Made by a program: the position numbers and the translations under genes
Shown here: positions 43,269 to 51,852 of the stretch, piece by piece
How positions within the stretch are numbered: position 1 is the stretch's first letter
Layout of the letters: the number at the start of each line of letters is the position of its first letter
The notes under the pieces: model-generated
Database searches by the model: none
What the model saw: the letters and a program-made list of their open reading frames with translations, nothing else
What the model was told of the DNA's origin: nothing
From: a virus
Direction: 5' to 3' (one strand)
Virus record (IMG/VR): IMGVR_UViG_3300044677_000044
Location: 33,019 to 97,018 of that record
DNA length: 64,000 nucleotides

Positions 43269-43711
43269 TGCTGGCCCCCGTCCTGTTCGGCGTACGGGTC
43301 GGTGCGGGCGGACAGCTCCGCGACCAGGTCACGGGGCGCGGTGGTGTCCAGGTCGACCGCGACGGCCGCGCCGATCCTGCGGACGTCCATCGCGGTGTCG
43401 TGGTCCAGGTCGCGCAGGCACGGGTTCGCCTCAAGGTCCGCGAGCCGGGCGATCGCCGCGGCCAGCAGGCCCTGGACGTCGTTGCCGTCCAGGTCGCCGG
43501 CGAGCGCGCTCATCAGGGTCTGCGTCTCATCGAGCGACAGGCGCTCGGTCATCAGCAGCCGGAACCCGGCGCGGATCTGGTCCAGGCCCGGGTGGATACC
43601 CGACAGGCTGTCCAGGAGGTCCTCGTGGCGCTCGGCCAGCGCCGGCACCGCGTTGCCCGCGGTGTGCACATACCCGGCCGGACCGGCCCCGGTGATGCGG
43701 TGAGCACCCAT
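43265..43711 (-). CDS. Hypothetical protein
   Basis: 148 aa, coupled to neighbours. Confidence 0.65.
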   Translation of the reverse strand: MGAHRITGAGPAGYVHTAGNAVPALAERHEDLLDSLSGIHPGLDQIRAGFRLLMTERLSLDETQTLMSALAGDLDGNDVQGLLAAAIARLADLEANPCLRDLDHDTAMDVRRIGAAVAVDLDTTAPRDLVAELSARTDPYAEQDGGQQ

Positions 43712-44265
43712 CAGGCACCCGCCGACACAACAGAAACCGAACCAGCAGACACCTGCGCGTTGCCGTGCGCCCAGAACGTGGCATCGTCCGCGGCCAGCAA
43801 CTCACTGGCCGGTACCGGCACCATCTGCGCGTTGTACCCGTCGATGAACGCCGGGGTGCTCCCGGCCCGGTGCGCGACGTGGCCACGGGCGACCGTGCCG
43901 TACACCGTGACCCGCACGCCCTCAATCAGCAGCGGGTTCACCATGCGGACGGTGTCCGGGCCCATCGAGACCATCGCGCTGTTGCCGTCGTCCGAGCTCA
44001 GGACGACCATCACGCGGCCGAACCGGCCCGGGTCGAGGTGACGGACCCGGGTGATCGTGCCGGTCGCGGAGATCTGCGTGTCGGCCGCCACATCACTCAG
44101 CGGCTCGGACACGCGAGCCTTCAACAGGCTGTCGTAGTGCTCGACCACGAGATGGCCGGGCATCGGGGTGGGCGTGGGCTTCGAGGTCCCAGCGATGGCG
44201 CGCGTGACGCGCTCATTCGACGGGTGGATGGTGCTGGTCTGCACCGTGTCTGTACGATCCGACAT
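43711..44265 (-). CDS. OB-fold-like protein, first gene of the transfer operon
   Basis: ISATGTITRVRH...MVVLSSDDG...EGVRVTVYGTV beta-barrel pattern; GGAGG RBS. Confidence 0.55.
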   Translation of the reverse strand: MSDRTDTVQTSTIHPSNERVTRAIAGTSKPTPTPMPGHLVVEHYDSLLKARVSEPLSDVAADTQISATGTITRVRHLDPGRFGRVMVVLSSDDGNSAMVSMGPDTVRMVNPLLIEGVRVTVYGTVARGHVAHRAGSTPAFIDGYNAQMVPVPASELLAADDATFWAHGNAQVSAGSVSVVSAGA

Positions 44266-44411
44266 CAGGATCGGCCTCCTGTTATGGCAGGTAGGGCGGT
44301 TCGCTGGGTCCTACGGGCCCCGATAGGTCCGGGTGTTCGAGCACCTGGGCCTTTCGGCTTTTTGGCCGACGTAGTCCCCGGCTGTCGTTGCGTATTGCTC
44401 CGACTCGGCCT

Positions 44412-44460
44412 AATGTAGAGCACTACACACGGAAGAGCAAGCACTACATGGAGCACTACA
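44412..44460. promoter_or_regulatory. Leftward promoter overlapped by three AGCACTACA boxes (putative Kor/TraR operators)
   Basis: Boxes at 44419, 44440, 44452; minus-strand TTGCTC (44440-44435) - N17 - TACATT (44417-44412). Confidence 0.7.
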
Positions 44461-44476
44461 TATGAAGGGAGGGAAG

Positions 44477-45208
44477 ATGAGCGAAAAGGCTGGCTACGCC
44501 AAGATCGCCGCCCACTACCGGGAACTGATCGCAGATGGCACGCTCGCTCCGGGCGATCGGATGCCGTCCATGAAGGTCGTCTGTAAGAAGTTCAACGTCG
44601 CGATCACCACAGCCAACCGAGCCTTCCGGATGCTCAAGTCGGAGGGGCTCACGGCGGCCTTGCCCGGAGTCGGGACAGTGGTTGTTGACCGCCCTCGCGT
44701 GGCTACAACGGCCGCCGCGCGACTGGACAGGCTCTCTCGCACGGGAAGGGCGTACGCGAGCAAGGAGACGTCCGAACGGCACAAGGTCTCGCTCCGGTCC
44801 TGCGCGGATCCGGAGCTCGCCACTGATCTCGATATTGATCTACACGATGAGATCGTGTTCCGCACACGGGTGTTCCTGAAGGACGGCACGCCCACGGTGG
44901 TGGCCATCTCCTGCATCAACCTGCGGGCGCTGATCGACGTGCCGGAGTTGCTCGAGCCGAGACCGCTCCCGCGGTTCTGGCAGGAGATCTACACCGAGCG
45001 CACCGGGCGCACGATCACGAAGTCCCCGGAGCGGCGTGGTGCGCGGATGGCTGCCGACGACGAACTGGATGCGCTGGGTATCTCCGTGCCGTCAGGAGCT
45101 GCCGTGCCCGTGCTGGTCCTCGTGAACGTTTTTCACGATGAACAGGGCCCCATCGAGGTGTGGGAGGACGTCTACGCCCCTGGTCTGTGGCAGGTGGCCA
45201 CCGAGTGA
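44477..45208 (+). CDS. GntR/HutC-UTRA transcriptional repressor (KorSA/TraR-like)
   Basis: YAKIAAHYRELIADGTLAPGDRMPS...TANRAFRMLKSEGL wHTH plus UTRA domain; divergent from the transfer operon. Confidence 0.9.
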   Translation: MSEKAGYAKIAAHYRELIADGTLAPGDRMPSMKVVCKKFNVAITTANRAFRMLKSEGLTAALPGVGTVVVDRPRVATTAAARLDRLSRTGRAYASKETSERHKVSLRSCADPELATDLDIDLHDEIVFRTRVFLKDGTPTVVAISCINLRALIDVPELLEPRPLPRFWQEIYTERTGRTITKSPERRGARMAADDELDALGISVPSGAAVPVLVLVNVFHDEQGPIEVWEDVYAPGLWQVATE

Positions 45209-45432
45209 GGTGTCTCCGAGCCAAGAACATCGTTGGCCACCTGTGCACCGCACGGGAAGGAGGGTGACCTCGCACGCATAGAACGACCGACCGGTGTATC
45301 AGACCGGCCGGCCGTCCAACAGGCAGACGCACGCAGCGCGCCCACCCACGAACCCATCGCGAGAAAGGTTCTGACGTTGAGCCTACCTTTTCCGGGACAC
45401 GGTAAAAGCCTGTGCCCTGAAGGGCGGCCTCG

Positions 45433-45756
45433 ATGACCGCCCACGAACCTGACCAGCCTGTATTCGTGACCTTCGAGACCGGCGCCCAACTCCTCGTCGA
45501 ACTTGACGTCGACCCGGAGGCGACCGCCGCAGCCCTCCGTTACACCGCTCGGACGGACGTCGACCACTGGCCTTTCGGCGAGGGCAAACCTCACCCGTAC
45601 GTCATGGTCGGCAACGCGCGCACGATGGAGACCGGGGTCTTCCTGGACTACTTCCGTAAGCACCCACGGGGCGGACGCGGACGAGATAAGAAACCCCGCC
45701 GGGCTCGGCAGCAGGCTCAGGACGAGCCAGTTCAGAATGAGGAGCGACTGGCATGA
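45433..45756 (+). CDS. Small conserved DNA-binding-like protein
   Basis: VTFETGAQLL...RYTART...WPFGE...RTM...VFL...RGGRGR; paralogous to the C-terminus of the next gene. Confidence 0.65.
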   Translation: MTAHEPDQPVFVTFETGAQLLVELDVDPEATAAALRYTARTDVDHWPFGEGKPHPYVMVGNARTMETGVFLDYFRKHPRGGRGRDKKPRRARQQAQDEPVQNEERLA

Positions 45757-46340
45757 CTGATTACATCTATGTCATCGGAACCATGGACGGAGAGATCGTC
45801 AAGATCGGGATCTCGAACTCGGTCAGCAGGCGCCTCCGTCAGATCCAGTTCCTGTCCCCCGTTCCTGTCAAGATCTTCTGGTCCGGGCCGGGGAACCGCG
45901 ACTTGGAGCAGGCGCTCCATCGCAAGTTCGTCGGCCGCCGCCTGCACGGCGAGTGGTTCTCCTTCAAGGATGAAGACGCCGTCGCCGCAGTCGTTGACGC
46001 AGTTCAGTCCCTTCCTGCCTCGCTGAGACAGCAGGTGCCAGATTCCAAGCGCACCTTCGTGCCTGCGGCTGTGGCCAAGACGGATACCCACGTGACCTTC
46101 GTCTCTGGCGCGGCTCTGCTGGCCAGCCTGGGTCTTGTGGACAAGATCACCCCGGACGGAGTGCGGTACTTAGCCCGCACATCGCCTGATTGGCCATTCG
46201 GCGAGCAGGAAGGCATGGTCCCGTACCTCGTAGTCGGCGCGAGCCGAACGATGGACAAGGAAGTCTTCCTTGCCTTCTTCAGGTCGGGTCCTAAGCGTGG
46301 CGGCCGCGGCCGAATTCCAAGTCAGCGAGTGTCCCCATGA
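45753..46340 (+). CDS. GIY-YIG (T5orf172/MUG113-like) nuclease fused to a paralog of the upstream protein; contains a TTA codon
   Basis: YIYVIG...VKIGISNSVSRRLRQIQ...LEQALHRKF...GEWF; TTA in frame at 46170-46172. Confidence 0.8.
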   Translation: MTDYIYVIGTMDGEIVKIGISNSVSRRLRQIQFLSPVPVKIFWSGPGNRDLEQALHRKFVGRRLHGEWFSFKDEDAVAAVVDAVQSLPASLRQQVPDSKRTFVPAAVAKTDTHVTFVSGAALLASLGLVDKITPDGVRYLARTSPDWPFGEQEGMVPYLVVGASRTMDKEVFLAFFRSGPKRGGRGRIPSQRVSP

Positions 46341-46563
46341 TCGACCTGCGCGGCACCCCGAGCACAGCACGTGGCCGTCCTAACGTACGAAACGGCCGGT
46401 TGGGACTTCAGTCCCACCGGCCGCTCGAAGTCCAGCGGGCTGGCACCCGCTGTCACGTACAGACCCACCTGGTGAAAGTTGGTCCGAGCGCGATGCTACC
46501 CGCCCCCTACGACATCCCACGCGCTTCCGGCTACGTGATCGCGGCCACCTTCGGGCGGTCCCG

Positions 46564-47925
46564 ATGAGCGACGCTGAGAACGTTGTACCCGTCGAGCTGT
46601 ACGGCCCCGACGATGGCGGCTGGTACACCACCCGTGTGCACGACTGGATCGGCCTGTGCCCGGAACTCCGTGATGCCGAGGTCCGGGGCTATCTGATCCT
46701 GCGGTCCCTGGTGATCGAGAAGTACAAGAACCCCGTACGGAAGCTCGCCCTGGACGACCTCTGCGCTCTCATCCCCGGGCCCACGAAGGGACAGCCGAGC
46801 AGCCTCACGCGCGTACGTGGAATCCTCGCCGGCCTGTCCGCCGTGGGCCTGGTGACTACTCCGGAGGGCCTGCCCGTCAAGACGTCATCCCGCCCTGCAG
46901 CTGCAGGGCGGCCCATCCGACTCCGCATCAACGACATGCCCACGAAGGGCTACTCGGGGTGGCGGAACACCGAGGACAAGCTGTCATCCATCTCCCGGGA
47001 GGACGCCGAGATGTCGGCGGGTCGGATTTCCGACCCGGACCAGAACGAGGGCGGTGCAGGTCAGGGCGGGGGGCGGTTTACCGACCCGCCGGGTCGGAAA
47101 TCCGACCCCGGGGGTTGGATTTCCGACCCGGAACCGCCACCTGACCTGCCGGAACCCGAAGTCCCTCTGGTACCTACTCTTGGTATGACCGGTGGAGATG
47201 CGCCTTCGGCGCGTAGCGTCGTGGACGGCCGGAGGCCTTCTGACGGTAGTAGCGCGCGCGAGGGTGAAGGCGGCTCCGCCGCGTCCAGCAACGACAGCCC
47301 CTCCTCCACTCAGGAAGACGGCCCAGCGCCGCGCCGCGCCGGGCGGAAGAGCGCAGCAGCACGGCACACCCGGGATCAGTTGCAGCAGGCGCAGCGGGTT
47401 CTTCCGTACTTCCCTGCGGAGTTGGGCGTGAGCCTGGTGCCGGCGCTGACGCAGGCGATCCTTGATGCGCTCGCGGGCGACTGCCCGGGGGCGGATCGCA
47501 CCGCGGCCCAGCTCGGGGTGCGGATTGAGCGTCGGTGGGGCCAGCACGGTTACGCGGCGAAGCACTACGCCGGGACACTGGACAGCCCGGTGGGCGCGGC
47601 GATCGGCATGGTCCGGCCGCTGAAGGCCGGCGACCGGTACGGGTGTGCGAACCCCAGGTGCGAGGACGGCGCCGACGTCGACACCGGCGAGGCGTGCACA
47701 GTGTGCCCGGAGCGGCTCGCCGCGCGACGGGCCGCACGCCGCCAGGCGGCCGCTGTGCCGCCTCCGCGGCCGCCTGCGGCATCCACACCCGCCAGGGCGC
47801 CCGGCGGGTTCCGGGAATGCCCGTGCGGGGATCCGCTCGCGAGGGCCAGCACCGACACCCTGTGCCAGCGGTGCCGAGCGCGCGCCGACTCCCCTGCGGG
47901 GCAGGACGTCCTGGCGCCGTTCTGA
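46564..47925 (+). CDS. Replication initiator protein (wHTH N-terminus, Zn-binding C-terminus)
   Basis: N-terminal wHTH-like region, low-complexity middle carrying iterons, C-terminal CANPRC/CPC..CQRC; lambda O-like organisation. Confidence 0.75.
   Translation: MSDAENVVPVELYGPDDGGWYTTRVHDWIGLCPELRDAEVRGYLILRSLVIEKYKNPVRKLALDDLCALIPGPTKGQPSSLTRVRGILAGLSAVGLVTTPEGLPVKTSSRPAAAGRPIRLRINDMPTKGYSGWRNTEDKLSSISREDAEMSAGRISDPDQNEGGAGQGGGRFTDPPGRKSDPGGWISDPEPPPDLPEPEVPLVPTLGMTGGDAPSARSVVDGRRPSDGSSAREGEGGSAASSNDSPSSTQEDGPAPRRAGRKSAAARHTRDQLQQAQRVLPYFPAELGVSLVPALTQAILDALAGDCPGADRTAAQLGVRIERRWGQHGYAAKHYAGTLDSPVGAAIGMVRPLKAGDRYGCANPRCEDGADVDTGEACTVCPERLAARRAARRQAAAVPPPRPPAASTPARAPGGFRECPCGDPLARASTDTLCQRCRARADSPAGQDVLAPF
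47019..47129. repeat. Four 18-bp palindromic iterons GGGTCGG-W4-CCGACCC (putative replication origin)
   Basis: 47019-47036, 47070-47087, 47091-47108, 47112-47129; the last three at exact 21-bp periodicity. Confidence 0.85.
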
Positions 47926-47992
47926 CCGGTGTCGTTGGCCTGGTTGGGGCGACTGGCCATCTCCACAGAGCAGAGAACGAAAGGATGTGCCT

Positions 47993-48802
47993 GTGACTGA
48001 TATCGAAGAGTTCGGCGCCTTGCACCTGAAGTGGGCGGACACGGATGATCAGGGATTCTCGTACGTCAATGACCTGGTCGGCTCGGCAGAGCAGGCTGGG
48101 GATGATGCGCATGAGCCGGTCGACACGCTGGCGCTGGCGTGCACAGCGGCGTTCGCCAGTACGGCTCTCGGGAAGGCTCTCGACCACGAGTGGGCGCTTT
48201 ACACGCCGCAGGATGCAGCCGTGGTTGCCTCCGCCATCCAAGCTCAGGTTGCGACGACCGCTGACAACCTGCGCAAGCTCATCCGGGCGGTTGAGCACAT
48301 CGCGGAGCGTGGCGAGGTCGAACTTCCTGAGGTGTCTGGGCTGGACGGTCCAGAGGAGGAAACCCTCTCCGACGCCCTGGACCAGATCAGTGAGGTGGCC
48401 GGCCAACTGGGGGAGGTCGTTACGGCGATGCACCCCCTGGTGCCCTCTCTGCACCGGGCGGCCTCGAAGTTCCGGCCCAGCCCTAACCTCCACTCGAACC
48501 TGCGTGCCGTAGTCGCGCTCCTCGGCGAGGGGGCGGAGATGAATGAGCACCAGCACGATGAAGACCACGAGGAGAGCGGTTGTACCGCGGTCATCACCCG
48601 CGGTTCCGAGACCTATTACTTCGGCTACATGGACTCAGAATGGACCCTGTTGCGAGATGGTGATGCGGAACATCATTCCGACGGGTCGAAGTTCTGGATC
48701 AACGGCGGGAGCGTCACGATCGAGGCAGGTGAGGAACTGGCGCACCCTCACCAACTCGCACAGGAAGTACGGCAGGCCATCGGCGATCCCGAGCCATCCT
48801 GA
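47993..48802 (+). CDS. Acidic hypothetical protein
   Basis: GTG 47993 with AAGGA RBS; 269 aa. Confidence 0.7.
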   Translation: MTDIEEFGALHLKWADTDDQGFSYVNDLVGSAEQAGDDAHEPVDTLALACTAAFASTALGKALDHEWALYTPQDAAVVASAIQAQVATTADNLRKLIRAVEHIAERGEVELPEVSGLDGPEEETLSDALDQISEVAGQLGEVVTAMHPLVPSLHRAASKFRPSPNLHSNLRAVVALLGEGAEMNEHQHDEDHEESGCTAVITRGSETYYFGYMDSEWTLLRDGDAEHHSDGSKFWINGGSVTIEAGEELAHPHQLAQEVRQAIGDPEPS

Positions 48803-49105
48803 AACCAGCCGAACTGGGCGAGGTGGGGCCGGGCGAGCTGCGTCCCGGTCCCACCGTCGGCTCAGGGTGGGAGTTGTCCGAGCGGATCGTCCGGATGTCC
48901 GAGCGGACATGTGCCGTTCGATGTCCAAGTGCGGCGCCCTGGTCCCACTGTCCCGGTGGCGGGTGTGGTCGGTTCTCTCCCCGGGCGGGGAGTTCGCTGA
49001 GTAGACTGCCGTCTGTCGGCCGCTGCTATGGCCGCCCCAAGCGCCTCGCCAGGGATCGCCCCGGCCCCCACCCTCACCGGTGGGGGCCATCGTCGTTCGT
49101 AGGGG

Positions 49106-49594
49106 TCAGGTCGGGAGCTGTTCGAGGACGTGCCGGGCAGCTTCTACGAGCAACGCGAACCGGCGGGCGGCCTCACGGCGGTCCGTGTCGTCCCAGGAGA
49201 GGTCCTGTTGGGGCGGGACCGCAGATGCTGCCGTGATGACCATGCGCAGCACGGGGGTGGCGCTGTTGGCGACGTCCACAGTTCCGACGATCCGGATCCG
49301 GGCGATCGCGCGGAGCATGTCCTGCCGGAAAGCTTCGGCCGCGTCTCGGGTCACCTGCCCTCCCCAGTACACGGGCTGCTCCGCTATGAGGAGTGCGGCC
49401 TGGTAGGCGTCGTAGCGGGCTTGGCGTTGCCAGTGCTGCTGCTCGGTGACCGCGGCGCGCTGTGCCTGTTTCTCGGCGGCTTCGACGGTGCGTTTGCCGC
49501 CGATCCAGGCGCCCCATGCTGCTGCGCCTCCGCCGATTGCGGCGCCGGCGAGGCCGGCTATGCCTGCCCAGACGGCGGCGAGTCCCTGGTCCAT
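49106..49594 (-). CDS. Membrane-anchored hypothetical protein (moron-like)
   Basis: N-terminal Gly/Ala TM segment then helical domain; opposite strand to the early genes. Confidence 0.65.
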   Translation of the reverse strand: MDQGLAAVWAGIAGLAGAAIGGGAAAWGAWIGGKRTVEAAEKQAQRAAVTEQQHWQRQARYDAYQAALLIAEQPVYWGGQVTRDAAEAFRQDMLRAIARIRIVGTVDVANSATPVLRMVITAASAVPPQQDLSWDDTDRREAARRFALLVEAARHVLEQLPT

Positions 49595-49680
49595 GCGCTG
49601 ATCCTGCCACCCCGGGGCCGGGTCAACGGCGGTGTGCGGGCGCCCTGTTGCGGGGTGGGGCGGGCACACTCGGCACAGTA

Positions 49681-49730
49681 AAATGATTGCGCATGTAGTC
49701 ATTTAACGGTAGGGTGGGGGCCACACCAAG
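49681..49730 (+). promoter_or_regulatory. Early promoter/operator copy 1
   Basis: TTGCGC (49687) - N17 - TAGGGT (49710); AAATGA-N12-TCATTT inverted repeat over -35; 47/50 identical to 51853-51902. Confidence 0.8.
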
Positions 49731-49751
49731 CAACGACCAGGGGAGACACCC

Positions 49752-50048
49752 GTGCCCAGTGCCGCGACCATCACCACCCCGCAGACCACCACCCTCCCGG
49801 TCATCGACCTGGGCACCCACAACCGGGACTTCACCACTGGCCGGTTCGTCCCCACCTACACCCTGCGCTACGCCACCGAGCGGCACGGCATCGAGACCGC
49901 CATCGAGCGGACCATCCCCGCCTCCGGGATCGAGCGCATCGGCGCGGTCACCGCGCGCTGCGCCGACCGCGGCACCGTCTGGAACGTCGAGGTCATCGAC
50001 AAGGACGGCCACGACGTCACGTTCGACTTCGCGTGCTTCCAGTCCTGA
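49752..50048 (+). CDS. Hypothetical early protein
   Basis: 98 aa, GGAG RBS, immediately after promoter copy 1. Confidence 0.7.
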   Translation: MPSAATITTPQTTTLPVIDLGTHNRDFTTGRFVPTYTLRYATERHGIETAIERTIPASGIERIGAVTARCADRGTVWNVEVIDKDGHDVTFDFACFQS

Positions 50049-50072
50049 CCCGGCCCCATCACCTCCCCCACT

Positions 50073-50104
50073 GGCCCGGCCGGCGCCCCTCCGCCGGCCG
50101 GGCC
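50073..50104 (+). terminator. 13-bp perfect GC stem-loop
   Basis: GGCCCGGCCGGCG-CCCCTC-CGCCGGCCGGGCC. Confidence 0.6.
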
Positions 50105-50128
50105 GCCCCATCTCCTGGAGGACAGCCC

Positions 50129-50527
50129 GTGATCCGCGAGGACCGCTTCCTGATCAGCCGCAAGCCCTACGCCGTTGACCTGTCCAGCCTGCGCGGCGAG
50201 CTGAAGGCATCCCCGCAAGGACGACGCCCCACCTACTACGACGGCCGTATCGACGCCGTGTGGTTCCGCCGCAAGCAGGGCGTCACCGCGGCGTACATCG
50301 GCACCCTGTGGGACCTCCAGGACGCCGAGCCCGCCGACGGCGCCGCGTTCCTCACCGCCCACACCGACGGCCGCTACGGCGGTGACTGCGACGGCCGGTG
50401 GGACGGCACCAGCTACTGGGGCAACGTGCCGCTCACCGTGCAGGAGCAGCACCTGGCGATCCTGCGGCCGATGCTCGCCAACTACCCGGACCTGCCGCCC
50501 CTTTACGACGGCTGGTGGCGGTTCTGA
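50129..50527 (+). CDS. Hypothetical early protein
   Basis: GTG 50129 with GGAGG RBS; aromatic-rich. Confidence 0.7.
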   Translation: MIREDRFLISRKPYAVDLSSLRGELKASPQGRRPTYYDGRIDAVWFRRKQGVTAAYIGTLWDLQDAEPADGAAFLTAHTDGRYGGDCDGRWDGTSYWGNVPLTVQEQHLAILRPMLANYPDLPPLYDGWWRF

Positions 50528-50608
50528 CCGCCCTGGCCAGCCCGCCGGCCCAGGTGCGCAGTCGCACCCCGGGCAATGAACCGACCGCCTCCTGAAAGGG
50601 AAAGCCGC

Positions 50609-50998
50609 ATGACCACCCAGACCGCACCCCGCACACGCCGCGGCGACCTCGCCGTGATCGAACGCCTCAACGTCACCCACTCCACGACCGGCCGCACCGA
50701 GACCACCGAGTACACCGTGATGGTCGTGTGCTCCGTCACCCGTGACGGCCACGCCAAGGCCGTCAAGGACGAGCGCTACCCGAGCGACGGGCACAACGTC
50801 GCCTACCCGCAGCCCCTCGCAGAGATGCTCGGACTCCAGCGCTTCCTGATCGTCCCCAAAGACAAGATCGACGTGACTGCAGCCGTCGCCGCAGCCCGCG
50901 CCCACGTCTACCCGGGCAGCGCCACCCCGCGCCCCTACGACTCCCTCGACGAAGTGCGTGCCGCGCTCGCCCCGCACCGAATTGGGGCAGGCAAGTGA
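50609..50998 (+). CDS. Hypothetical early protein
   Basis: ATG 50609; coupled to the next gene. Confidence 0.65.
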   Translation: MTTQTAPRTRRGDLAVIERLNVTHSTTGRTETTEYTVMVVCSVTRDGHAKAVKDERYPSDGHNVAYPQPLAEMLGLQRFLIVPKDKIDVTAAVAAARAHVYPGSATPRPYDSLDEVRAALAPHRIGAGK

Positions 50999-51735
50999 CC
51001 ATCGACCTGCCCGTCGCGCACGGCTGGACCATGCGCAGCCTCGACCAGGTGACCCGCGCCGCCGTCAACAACGACCGCTCCATGGCCTGCGATGCCGACA
51101 CCCGCTACAACACCGCCTGGTCCGCGATCGCCGAGCACCTGTGCGCCGCCGAAGAACCGCCCACCTGGCACGACCTGTTCACCACTGGCTGGCAGGCGAT
51201 CTACCGCGAAGTGCGGGAGATGCGCGAGGTGTTCGGCTTCAAGGACCGTGACGGCACCACGGAGACCGCGTCCGCGCCGCGGTACGTCCGGTACTGGTGG
51301 CAGCCCCCGAACCGTCCCGAGGACGGCCTCCTGGAGCGCATCGCCGTCGGGCAGATCATCGACACCATCCCCGAGATCTACCGGGATGCGGTCGTGGCCC
51401 TCGCCGTCCACGGCGACTACCAGGCCGCCGCTGAGTCGCTGGGGCTGAAGTACACGGCGTTCACGGTCCGCATGTCCGTCGCCCGCAAGCAGTTCCGCGC
51501 CGCGTGGTACGCGCCCGAGACCGCGCCGCGTATCAAGGGCACGGACCGGCGTATCGGCTCCCGCAACACGCCGCTGGCCACGCACTGCAAGGGCGGCAAG
51601 GGTCCGCACGAGATGACGCCGGAGAACACCTACCGCCGGCCCAGTTCCAAGGCCGGCCACCGCGGGGAGCGCGTCTGCCGGGCATGCGAAGCCGAGCGCA
51701 GCAAGGCCCGTGTGGCGGCCAAGCAAGTCGCCTGA
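50995..51735 (+). CDS. Sigma-70 region-4-like HTH protein with C-terminal Zn finger
   Basis: IPEIYRDAVVALAVHGDYQAAAESLGLKYTAFTVRMSVARKQF; THCKG..HEMTPENTY...RVCRAC. Confidence 0.65.
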   Translation: MTIDLPVAHGWTMRSLDQVTRAAVNNDRSMACDADTRYNTAWSAIAEHLCAAEEPPTWHDLFTTGWQAIYREVREMREVFGFKDRDGTTETASAPRYVRYWWQPPNRPEDGLLERIAVGQIIDTIPEIYRDAVVALAVHGDYQAAAESLGLKYTAFTVRMSVARKQFRAAWYAPETAPRIKGTDRRIGSRNTPLATHCKGGKGPHEMTPENTYRRPSSKAGHRGERVCRACEAERSKARVAAKQVA

Positions 51736-51744
51736 CCCAGGGCC

Positions 51745-51827
51745 GCCGGGGTGGCGCAACGGCGACGCAGCCGCCTTAAAAGCGGTCGCCCCGCGAGGGG
51801 TTGCGGGTTCGAATCCCGCTCCCGGCA
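51745..51827 (+). tRNA. trnL-UAA: tRNA-Leu, anticodon UAA (bldA-type, reads TTA)
   Basis: Acceptor GCCGGGG/TCCCGGC, D-arm GCG..CGC with GG, anticodon stem GCCGC/GCGGT, loop CT-TAA-AA (51777-51779), long variable arm CCCC-GCGA-GGGG, T-arm GCGGG-TTCGAAT-CCCGC, discriminator A, no encoded CCA. Confidence 0.92.
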
Positions 51828-51852
51828 CAGATGGAGCCCGCCAAGATGGGTT

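Larger units (their letters stand above)
32637..45208. mobile_element. Streptomyces plasmid/AICE-type conjugative transfer and spread module embedded in the phage
   Basis: traB-like FtsK ATPase, traA, spdB-like, DUF3307 and DUF4236 genes in one leftward operon with a divergent GntR repressor (kil/kor layout). Confidence 0.85.

Noticed and set aside
32637-45208. Independent AICE (pSAM2-like) insertion
   Set aside because: No integrase, excisionase or rolling-circle RepSA and no flanking att repeats seen; treated as part of the phage-plasmid, though not excluded.
46337-46567. 76-aa ORF between the GIY-YIG gene and rep
   Set aside because: Atypical codon usage and no recognisable motif; may be the rep promoter region, so not called.
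51745-51827. tRNA as an attL/attR remnant of integration into host bldA
   Set aside because: It is full length, sits mid-operon between phage early genes, no integrase is adjacent, and it does not match host bldA as I recall it; alignment is still needed.
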